DNA of 63,930 nt, filler included, from Cercozoa sp. M6MM (taxonomy: Eukaryota; Protista; Endomyxa: Ascetosporea), in assembly GCA_040357565.1 (NCBI GenBank). It is 13 parts of 13 records of this genome, joined end to end, with 100 filler letters (N's around TTAATTAATTAA, not from the genome) between each part and the next. Parts side by side here need not be neighbours in the genome. Positions count along the whole stretch, not along the records: positions 54,388 to 58,503 come from JBDODJ010001223.1; positions 58,604 to 60,372 come from JBDODJ010001924.1; positions 60,473 to 63,930 come from JBDODJ010001446.1; 10 more parts are not named here. One strand, given 5' to 3'. The position numbers and the translations under genes are program-made. Each line of letters opens with the position of its first letter. Position 1 is the first letter of the stretch. Positions 54,444 through 63,930 of this stretch are shown here, piece by piece. Below the pieces are notes generated by a model. That model saw only the letters and a program-made list of their open reading frames with translations, searched no databases and was not told the DNA's origin.

Positions 54444-56075
54444 ACGCCGGGCGCCACGCCGGCCGTGTCGCGACGGCCCTCGACGACTAGCGAGGCCGTG
54501 CCGCCGCCCGGACAGATCGATACGAGCGAGGACATTGAGATGGGCGACGTTGCGCCTCCTGCTCACGAGCCCGAGCAGGAGCAGATCTCACCCGACACCA
54601 CTCGCACGCGCAACGGCGACGACCTCGACGTCACGCTGGGTCGGCAGTCGACACTCGGTGATAGCATCCAGCGCGTGCAGGAGCACATGGTATTTTTCTG
54701 CCCCCCCCCCCTCCCCCTGGCTGATGATGTATGGTATGTCGCAGGCAGTCACGTGCTTCAATATTAAGATGACGCACAAGGTGATTGGCGCCTCGCGACA
54801 GTGGAAACTGCTGTCGGTGCTGTCGTGCTTGATGCTCATTGTGCCGCTCGTTGTCACTCTCACGAGCGAGGAACTGCGCTCGCACAAGGGCGACGGGTAC
54901 TCTCTCCTGAGGCTCACCCTGCATTCCACGCCCCCCCCCACTTGTATACTCTGTCTCGTGTGTAGTTGCCAGACCAAGTGGGAAGGTGCCGCCTTCGTGC
55001 TGGGCGCCTTTGGCGTCGTGTACCTCATCATCTTCCTGTACTTTGCATGGCTGCTGCGCGGCCGGTTCGACAGCTTCCGCATCAAGGAGGAGCTGCGCGC
55101 CACGGCCATAGTGGGCGTCGTGGTGCTGGTGCCGTGGTACCTGCTCAACAACATTGACTCGCTCGTCAATGGCATCAACGACGACTTCCCGCTCTCGACG
55201 GTGCTGCTGTGGTTCTTCTCGCTCTTTGTGCTCGGTGTCAGCTGCGTGTGGCCCATCTACCTCAGGTACACATTTCCTGCACTTCACATGCTGTCTATGT
55301 CTGTGTATGTGTGTGTGTGTTTATATGCGTGCAGCATCAAGGGCGTCAAGGTGCCCGAGTTTGAGCCGCCAGAGAAGATCGCGACGCTCGAACAGCTGCT
55401 GCGCAACAAGGCCGGTCACGACAGCTTCAAGGACTTCCTCAAGAGCGAGTTCTCGGTGGAGAACCTTATTTTCTGGACGCACTGGTACACTGCCCACCTC
55501 CTGCTAGGTTATCTTCCCTTTACCTTCCGTCCATCGTGCACAGTGAGGACTACCACCGTCAAGTGGCGGAAGCGCAGTCCAAGATCGACTCGGGTGTGGC
55601 GGCGCCGCACACGTTCAAGCGTATCGTCAAGGCTGCCCAGGTCATTCTGCGCACTTACGTGGAGGTACACCTGAGTTTTCGACCTAAATTGCCCCCCCCC
55701 CCCGCATGGTTACCTTGGCTTTCCGCGACAGAGCTACGCTCCACTCGAGGTGAACCTCTCGCACTCAGTGCAGACGGATATTTCGGAGACAATGGACGAG
55801 CTGCTGGAGCTGTCACGCGGCACGCTGCCCAGCGACTGGCAGACCGAGCTCTTCCCCAAGGCGGCCACGCTGTACACAATGGCGCAGGAGAGCATTTTCA
55901 AGCTCATGGGTATCCCTCTGTCCTATCCATGTCTATGTGCGCATGCCTTCTGTCTTTGGTAGAAACGGACCCGTTCAAGAGGTATGTGCGCACGGACGCC
56001 TACCGGCAACTGTGCAGTGGCATCGAAGCGCAAGCGCTCGAGCATCAGGCACTCGTGGACGTTGGTGTGCTTTAG
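54444..56075 (+). CDS. 7TM-RGS (membrane-anchored regulator of G-protein signalling), 5'-partial
   Basis: Four visible TM helices with a DSFRIKEEL loop, followed by an RGS box: LEQLL....GHDSFKDFLKSEFSVENLIFW...YAPLEVNL...AQESIFKLMETDPFKRYV. Confidence 0.88.
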
Positions 56076-56509
56076 AAAACACATGCAAGTGCGTCTCTAT
56101 TTGCCCAACAAGGAGTGCGATGCCACACAAACACACGCTTTCACGCTCACTCACACCGATACGGCACTTTGACATTCCACACAACGCATCATAGGCGCAT
56201 CGCAACTCATCCTATCTATACATGTCTCCCCACGCTTGGGCTCCGCTCCGTCACTCGACTTGACTCTTTGTGGCCAGTGCATTTGTCATTAGTGCACGCG
56301 TATTCGATTATTATTTAACTGTCGTAGTTATGGACCGTACCGTACCTAAAGATACCAATGGACGGTCGCGATCGATAGGTATTCAGTCCCATCGGTTCAC
56401 TCTGTTAATTAAAGTTAGTACGACGCTGAAATACTCGACTGAACTGCCAAAAGCACAATTGATTTCGTTTGATTGAGACCGGACCACGCCGCGTTGTGAT
56501 CGATGAGCT

Positions 56510-56590
56510 TGCCGTTCGAGAGAAGAAATCAAGCGCGCAAGCACCGCGAGATACGGTTTCGCCAGGCGCCGTCGCATGAGAGAAACGGCA
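56510..56590 (-). promoter_or_regulatory. SECIS element (type II) with non-canonical GCGA/UGA core in the SelK 3' UTR
   Basis: Minus strand: helix I TGCCGTTT/GAACGGCA; core GCGAC...TGAT; helix II GGCGCCTGGCG/TGCTTGCGCGCT; apical AAA; minihelix CCGT/GCGG. Confidence 0.75.
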
Positions 56591-56624
56591 TTCCATTCAC
56601 CTACAGGGGTCGCTGCGAATACAG

Positions 56625-56651
56625 AGGCACACCAGATTACAAGGTGTGCCT
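56625..56651 (-). promoter_or_regulatory. SRE-like hairpin 7 nt downstream of the Sec UGA
   Basis: Perfect 9-bp stem AGGCACACC/GGTGTGCCT with a 9-nt loop, overlapping the TAG stop. Confidence 0.45.
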
Positions 56652-57132
56652 AACGTCGTCAGCCGCCCCCCATCTGCACACAATGTGGAAAATTATTGTC
56701 TCCCATCTGCATACAATTTCGTAAAGCAAAACTGAAAAGAGAGGGTCGGTACCATCGGAGGCATGCTGCCACCGCCGTTGCCGTTGAGCGACCGCAGGCT
56801 GTGACCGCGCCCATTATCACGTCGTGGAGTGGCTCTGTCGGCCTGATAACGCACGTTCGTGTATTCTTGCTCGGCGTTAGGCTGCAAAGCACAACCAACA
56901 TAAAAGGTATTTAAAGGTGTACAAAAGAGGCAAAGGAAGAACTGACGTCTACTAAAGTACGAAAGAAAAGAACGATCATGTCCAAGAAGCCGACGGACTT
57001 CTTATGGACTGCCTGAATTGTCGTTGGCCGAGGCGCCGTCGACACAATCTCACCTGCATGAGTGAAAATCGAAAACGAAAAAATATCGAAAACGATTCTT
57101 CTCGAGATACCGCGTTCGTTGATGTAAGGCAT
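56650..57132 (-). CDS. SELENOK: Selenoprotein K (UGA at 56661-56659 read as Sec)
   Basis: Four exons give MPYINERGEIVST...GFLDMIVLFFRTLVDPNA...GRGHSLRSLNGNGGGSMPPMMGGG-U-RR-TAG, matching the SelK pattern M.YI..G.V / VLFF.TL / PPM.GGU.R. A SECIS lies downstream. Confidence 0.9.
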
Positions 57133-57345
57133 CTCCGGGTGGCTTGAGCTGGGAATTCCACGCGTTCAAGCACCTTGCTTGCCTGGTTACTGCACTTCTT
57201 TTGAAACAATTTGATGCGCTGTAGCCACTTGAACGGAAAAACCAAATATCCGGGGCTTGCTGCGTGGTTTCGGTTTTTTATTTTGAACTTCAGATAGCTT
57301 GTTACTGCCGTCCAACAGCCGGCCGCGCCGGAAACAAACTAATAA

Positions 57346-58009
57346 TTAATAAAGTTGGACGAGGTCATCCTCTTTAGCCTGTCTGTGAAGCTGCAGAAAG
57401 GCGCGAAAGCCACCCTCCAGCACATAGACCTGCACGTTCGCTTCGCCTGCAAAATGGGCGGGCGATGAAACAAACCGCTGGAACTGGTCATCGATCAAGA
57501 ATTGTTTACCTGCGACGTGCTCGTTTTCTGATTGGAGGTTTTGCAAACGGTTTAGGAACAGGCGCGCGCATGAAGGCCCACGTACTTGCGAGTACTGCAG
57601 CAAGCCATCAAGAAACCTCATGAGACAAGGAAGGCAGGAGTGTACCATGCAATGAAACACAATTATGGCATTTGTGCACGCGTACTGCTCGGCAAGCTCA
57701 TCTACGCACTCCGAAAACACGTCGCTCGGCACGTGCTGCGAACCGACAATGTAGCCTAGTTCCGCGCGATCTTCGTCACGAACATCGACCACAACAACCT
57801 GAAACATCGACCACAACAACCTGAAACAATACGGAAATTTACGTAGGTAGGTAGGTATGTAGTGCGCACGTATGTTTGCAGGTAGGTATGCGCACCTCTC
57901 TGTCCTGTTGTTCTCCATTGCTAGTGGCAATAACAGAGGCCCGCCGCAGCATGGCTGCCAATTCCTCCGCGCTGATGTAGTCGGGCGAATCGATAGAAAA
58001 GTACGACAT
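57346..58009 (-). CDS. Cdc25-like rhodanese phosphatase / arsenate reductase (ACR2/Ych1 type)
   Basis: YISAEEL, VVVVDVRDED...GYIVGS.HVPS, HCX5R active site IVFHCM|YSQVRGPSCA, VYVLEGGF. Confidence 0.88.
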
Positions 58010-58298
58010 TGCCGATTACCGAAACACTAATTTGAACTGCACAGTGGGTTGACGCGATTTTCGCCGCTATAAAGGCCTTAGAGCTTTGGTTGGGGTGCCC
58101 CAATTTTGGGGCTCGGTGGCTGAGCCAAAAAAAAGAATCACTGTTCAGGTTTCTGGTTTATATTTCCTCTGTACTGCCGGAGCGAGGTCGAGTACAGTTA
58201 AAGTTGCCAGCCTGTGTGGATGTCAGATCGCGAGAACAAGCGCGAGCACACGTTCTGGCACCGCGAGCCAGTAGTGCAATTTGGGACGGCGCAACAAC

Positions 58299-58469
58299 AT
58301 GGCAGCATTGATCAAAAAGGTGCCCGGTTTGTAGTTTGTGCTTGCATTTACGTCTACGCACTGTGTTATTGTCAAAGACGCGAACGACTTTTCGGAAGAG
58401 TCACTAGAGGTGCCGTCAGACCTGTGTTGGGCACTGTTTGACGTAGCCTCCGACGACGCTTGTGTCGAA
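58299..58469 (+). CDS. 5' fragment of an unidentified gene
   Basis: ATG at 58299 followed by a probable intron and an exon ending in a GTATGT donor at the contig end. Confidence 0.25.
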
Positions 58470-58697
58470 GTATGTTTTATGGCCCATATATATATATATA
58501 TATNNNNNNNNNNNNNNNNNNNNNNNNNNNNNNNNNNNNNNNNNNNNTTAATTAATTAANNNNNNNNNNNNNNNNNNNNNNNNNNNNNNNNNNNNNNNNN
58601 NNNAGGGGGGTAAAGCTCGCACAGGTAGGGGGGTAAAGCTCGCACAGGTAGGGGGGTAAAGCTCGCACAGGTAGGGGGGTAAACAGGGGGGTAAAAC

Positions 58698-60372
58698 CAG
58701 GAACTCGTCCGGCAGTCGCGAAGTGCCCTCGAAACAAACGGCACATCGCCTCGCATCGTACTGGTCTGCACACGACTTGCATTTTGTTAAGGGGGCGCAC
58801 ACCGCCCTCTTAATTAAGAGGCACACTCCCCCATAATTAAGAGGGCACACCCCCTTAATTAAGAGGGCACATCCCCCTTAATTAAGAGGGCACACCCCCT
58901 TAATTAAGAGGGCACACCCCCTTAATGAACCGATACTACCACTGTGTCGGCGCTCGCGTCGCTGTGCACTCAGCACCGTGCGCATCGCCTACCGGGGGGG
59001 GGGGGGGGGTAAAAGGGGGGGCAAGTAGGGAGGTAAAGTGGGCTAAGTAGGGGGGTAAACAGGGGGGTAGACAGGGGGGTAAACAGGGGGGTAAAACCGC
59101 ATCCAGTCGCGCGCGCACGTGTTGGCGTCGGCGGCGCAGCACGGCGTTTTCCTCGTCGACGCGCGTGTGCTCCTGTCCATATGAGACATACAACGCAGCC
59201 TTAACAACAACACAGCCTTATCAAAAACACAACCTTAACAAAAACACAGCCTTAACAAAAACAGAGCCTTAATAAAAACACAAATTAATTAAGGCTGCGA
59301 TGTGTGTTACCGAGGCAGGCGAGCCGGCCGGCAGGCACACCTGCAGACGCCGGTCGGACTCCTGCCGCGCCAGCAGACTCCCGGGACGGTGGATGAACTC
59401 GCAACTGTCAGATGATCCCCAGTCAGATGATCCCCCGGTCAGATGATCTCCCAGTCAGATGATCCCCAGTCAGATGATCCCCCAGTCAGATGATACCGAG
59501 CATGCGCGTACTGCAGCGCAGGTTCCTGCGGCCGCACCAGACGCGGACTCCGGTCGCCTGACAAAACACAGATTTTGGTCCGATCCGGACGGTACAGTTG
59601 GACACCCGTACTACGCTCAAACTGAGGCCACACGGTACCACGCACAAGCAGGATGCCTCGGCAGTCGCCGCAGTGCACGCAGGACATGGCACCGCTGGAA
59701 AAACGCGAGAATAATGCAAAACACACAATTAAGGGGGCCGAACTGAAAATCGGAAACACGAAAAAAAGCCTACTGCTGCGTGCCAGGTGCCGTGTGGGCC
59801 GCCAATAGCATCCGTGCTTGCGGTTGCTGGCACGCAAATCCCGACATGCTGCCGAAAACACAGCATAGAAAGAAAAACACAAAAGCGTGTTAGTTCGTTA
59901 AGGCTGCGTTTGCAAAGACTTTTTACCTGGAAGTGTCGGCAGGCGACATGCAGTGGTGCAATAGGGCGCACCAGATGTGAACCCAGCGTTGTTGGGCGTG
60001 CTGAGCTTGCTGGGCGCTCAGGAGAGGAGTCGTAGCCACATGTTGCTGTGTTGTGTGTTGCTGTGGCTCGGTGCTGCCGTTAGTGACACTGATGCCGCTG
60101 GGGACAGGCGCGGCAGCGTCTGTTGACGGCGCGAGTGGCGAGACGGCGTCCATGGCCATGGGACCGCACAGCACGCGCGTCAGTTTGTGCTGCGCCGTCA
60201 TGGTCGGCTGTGCAGGTGTCACACACTCAGTCAGTTAGTCACTCAGTTAGTCACTCAGTCAGTTGGTCAGTCACGTGTCAAGGGGAGGGGGGGGTAAACT
60301 ACCAGCAGCGGCTTCAGCACGCCACCCGGACGCGTACACAGCGCGCACCGCGGCTGCGCCGGTTCCTCCGGT
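58698..60372 (-). CDS. PHD/ePHD zinc-finger-containing protein (internal fragment)
   Basis: RWVHIWCAL, SCVHCGDCRGILL and KCKSC...RCAVCFEG are Cys/His patterns typical of PHD and zf-HC5HC2H domains. Confidence 0.45.
58805..58925. repeat. Intronic tandem repeat of about 21-22 bp, CCCCTTAATTAAGAGGGCACA(C), about 5-6 copies
   Basis: Read directly from the sequence. Most units contain the palindrome CTTAATTAAG. Confidence 0.9.
59407..59493. repeat. Intronic tandem repeat TCAGATGATCCCC(C)AG, about 5-6 copies
   Basis: Read directly from the sequence. Confidence 0.85.
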
Positions 60373-60472
60373 NNNNNNNNNNNNNNNNNNNNNNNNNNNN
60401 NNNNNNNNNNNNNNNNTTAATTAATTAANNNNNNNNNNNNNNNNNNNNNNNNNNNNNNNNNNNNNNNNNNNN

Positions 60473-61235
60473 CAAGCCAACCTGCAGCGCGGCCGCCAGC
60501 ACCTGCTGCACGGGTGTGTTGGGCACACTGGCACACACTGCGTCCGGCAGTGCCTGCTTGATCTGAGCATACATGGTGTATATGTAGATATGAATATATG
60601 TGTATGTGTATATATGTAAATATGTATATGTCTATATGTAAATATGTATATGTCTATATGTACATGTACATGTATACATGTATCTAAGTAAATATTTATA
60701 TGTATACATGTATCTAGGGAAGCATACAGCAACACGAACTGGCGCCGTTAGAACGCCCGACACCTCAGGCCACTTTTCGACCTATCCACAATAGGATCGT
60801 ATGCATGTGGGGTAGGGTCGGGTAGTATGTAGGGTAGGATGTAGGGTAGTATGCAAGGTAGGCAGGGCAGGGTAGGTAGTGCGGTAGGGTAGTACGGTAG
60901 GGTAGGGTACCATTTGGTTCTTGAAGAAAATGGCGGCCTGCAGATCTTGCTGCTGCACGGCCACGCCTGTAGCCACACGCGGTTTTACCCCCATGCTACC
61001 CCCATGCCTCTCGCATTTACCCCCCCCCGCCGCTAGCGTACCAAGCAGAGTAGCGAAAAAGTCGCCGTTCGTCGCCAGTTGCTGCAGCTGCTGGCGTGCC
61101 TACCCAGCAAAGACACAAGACACACATGCACACATACACACATGTCCCGACCAAAGAGAGGCAAAGGAAACGCACCTGCTCCATGTGCTGCGGCTGCGAA
61201 AGCTGCGCCAGCAGCGACTGCACCTGCGCCTGCAT
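60473..61235 (-). CDS. Importin-beta family protein, N-terminal IBN_N domain (3'-partial)
   Basis: MQAQVQSLLAQLSQP...ARQQLQQLATNGDFF...QAAIFFKNQ|VEKW...IKQAL...PVQQVLAAAL. Confidence 0.65.
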
Positions 61236-61748
61236 CCTCCCTGTTTCTCTGTCCTGTCTCTGTCTCTATCTCTCCGCCTTTGTGCCTGTGCCTGTGCCTG
61301 CCCAGTTTCATTGCACCTTTATTGCAATCACGGTTTGGCACACCATCCACAGACACATGCACACGAACAAGCACAACCAAGCGCCGCTCATGCGCACCTG
61401 TCGCATGCTCCAGCAGCATATTTTGGTAAAGAAAAACAATGTGTGCCACGCGGTTTCTGAACACGTACCTGCGTTACTGGTGCAGCACCAAACGATGTGG
61501 ATAGGCCTGCAATGCTAACCGAGCTGTGGTATGCACGGTTTTTATAAAAGTGAGTACAATTGGACACCTTTAGACCTACATTTTTTGATCATCGTGAGCT
61601 GTTATCGTGCAAGAAAAGTGTTTCTGCGCTGTCTTGACAGAACAGGTATGTGTTGTAGCTGTCAACACGTTGTGCAGTGTGATTTGGTGCAGGCTGGCGA
61701 TCGATCTGGAGCAAACAGAAAGCGACAGTTTTGCTCATATTGTCAAAT

Positions 61749-63851
61749 ATGCAAGTGCCGTCCTTGGTTCGTATTGGAGGTGTGTTTGTTCCCAGAGACA
61801 CTCCCACTGCTGCAGTTGCCTGCCTTGCCACTGCTGTATTGCTTAGGCGGCGTGTCCCGCAGCCAACTGGTGGCGACCCTGAGTGGTAAAGGACTCTAGT
61901 TACCACNNNNNNNNNNNNNNNNNNNNNNNNNNNNNNNNNNNNNNNNNNNNNNNNNNNNNNNNNNNNNNNNNNNNNNNNNNNNNNNNNNNNNNNNNNNNNN
62001 NNNNNNACCTGGGACAGAACTGGGCGCCAAGAAGCCACTGCTAGTGTCGGACAAGGTGTGTTTCTCTGTGTCTCTTCGCCCCCTCCCCCTCTCTCTCTTT
62101 CTTTCTCACACACACTGTGCTCCTCTGTCTCTGTGCAATGTGTGTGCAGTTCCTCGAATCGACCGGCGCCGTGTCGCAACTCACGCAGCTCCTGTCGCTT
62201 TGTTTTTTACCCCCTACCCCTTTACCTGCCTACCCACACACCCTTTACCCACCTATCCCTTACCCCCCCCCCCCCCCCCACACAGACAGCAGCACGGCAT
62301 TCCGTTCGGCGTGTTCAGCGACACAGTGGAGGACCCGTCGGTCCAGGTGGTCGAACAGTGCACCGCCGTCTGCAGAGAGGGTACAGCAGCGTATACTTGT
62401 ACGCACTTGTACTGTACACCTGTACTGTACACCCTGTACTGTACACCCTTACTGTACACCCTGTACTGACTGAACCAAAGGTGGCTACGACTGCGTTATT
62501 GGCTTTGGCGGCGGCTCGCCCATCGACACCGCCAAGGCCGTCGCCGTGTGTGCGCCCAACGAGGTACCTGCCTCACAGGGGGAGGGGTAAAGGGTGGTAG
62601 GGGATAAACAGGGGATATAACACAGGGCCGCATCGGCGAATGGAAGGTGCCGAAGCAGCCGCCGCAGGGACTGCCTGTCCTGGCCATTCCAACCACTGCA
62701 GGTACTGTCTCTCTGACCACTTAAGGGAGCAGGCGGTGTCTATGTGTTAAGGAGTATGCATTAAGGGGTATGTATTAAGGTGGTAGTGTCTTTGTTGAGG
62801 AAGCAGTGTCTTTATTAAGGGGGCAGTATCCGTATTAAGGAGGCATGTAGGCACGGGTAGTGAGGCCACCAAAGCCACCGTCATCACCGACACCGACACC
62901 TGCGAGAAGATGCTCCTCATGGTAGGGGCTTAGGGAAGTAAAGGGGTGAACGAAGGGTATAAGGGTACATGGAGGGAGTAAACAGGGGGTACGTCTGCGT
63001 AGGGACCCTCGCTGGTGCCAGACGCCGCTCTGGTCGACTTTCACTGGACGCGCACCAAGCCCTTCCGTCTCACCGCTGGTACGGCAGGTTTACCCCCCCC
63101 CCCACCCTTCCCCCCATACCCCTTTACCCCCATACCCTTTACCCCCCCCCCTAGACACGGGCATTGACTCGCTGACGCACGCGCTGGAGGCCTTCGTGTC
63201 GCGCAAGGCGACAGCCGTGACCGACGCCGTCGCCCTGCGTGCGGTACTTGTGTTCCTGTACAGATGGACTACACTGAGTGTCCTGTTGGACCCGTACATC
63301 TGTACTGTACCTGTGTACTTGTGTACCTGTGTACATCTGTACCTGTGTACCTGTGTACTTGTGTGCCAGGCCAAGCTGCTGTACGACAATCTGCGCGCTG
63401 CCTGCCGTGCTGCTCGCGGCGGCGACGACGACACGGCGCGCGCCAACATGATGCTCGGAGCCTACCTGGTGCGTCTTACCCCCCTGCTTACCCCAGCCCC
63501 CCTTTTACCCCTGTTTTACCACCTTGATGACACAGGGTGGAGTGGCGTTTTCGAATTCATCGGTGTGTCTGGTGCACGGCATGTCGCGTCCGGTATCCCT
63601 TCTTGCCCCCTTACCCCCCGCTACCCCCTGTGTGCACAGTTGGGTGCGCACTTCCACGTGCCGCACGGACTGTCGAATGCGATGTTGCTGCCCCGTGTGA
63701 CGGCCTTCTCGGTGCAGGACACGGAGGCCTCGCACAAGTACACCCCCAACCCCTCCTTAAGCTTTCTTACCCTTCACTCACTTTGTGATAAAATGAAGAT
63801 ACGCCGATATGGCGAGACATCTTGACATCGCGAGTGACACTGTCACTGACA

Positions 63852-63853
<2 letters not shown>
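61749..63853 (+). CDS. Iron-containing (group III) alcohol dehydrogenase, 3'-partial, true start possibly further upstream
   Basis: KKPLLVSD, DTVEDPS, YDCVIGFGGGSPIDTAKAVA, AIPTTAGTGSEAT, TADTGIDSLTHALEAFVS, AFSNSSVCLVHGMSRPLGAHFHVPHGLSNAMLLP. Confidence 0.93.

Positions 63854-63930
<77 letters not shown>

Overview
Eukaryotic (protist-like) genomic DNA, not prokaryotic. It consists of about 13 short contigs joined by artificial 100-nt N/TTAATTAATTAA/N linkers. Genes are densely packed and very intron-rich (GT-AG introns mostly 50-100 nt, many filled with microsatellites or C-rich TTAC-C(n) repeats), so the six-frame ORF track is largely misleading and I reassembled the genes by hand across introns. 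Recognisable genes: SH3-PRMT (PRMT2-like), MAP65/PRC1, TRAPPC5, ABCC/MRP, IFT88, SLC38 transporter, EF-hand/WD40 protein, NPRL3, RRN3-like, EB1-like, CFAP157, RPB2, DRG GTPase, 7TM-RGS, selenoprotein K, Cdc25/ACR2 rhodanese, a PHD-type protein, an importin-beta family protein and a bacterial-type Fe-alcohol dehydrogenase. There is also one 5S rRNA gene and an RT-RNase H non-LTR retrotransposon with dispersed 3'-end copies. IFT88 and CFAP157 imply a flagellated stage. Highlights: (1) a selenoprotein K gene hidden from the ORF track, whose SECIS element has a non-canonical GCGA core and which has an SRE-like hairpin; (2) a strand-specific class of C-rich repeat-filled introns shared between unrelated genes; (3) a two-member family of proteins (signal peptide visible in the complete member) with a bacterial-like beta-sandwich domain and Gly/Tyr-rich tails; (4) a secreted protein built from seven VWC/FN1-like Cys modules. 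All family assignments come from motif recognition by eye, and no database searches were run.
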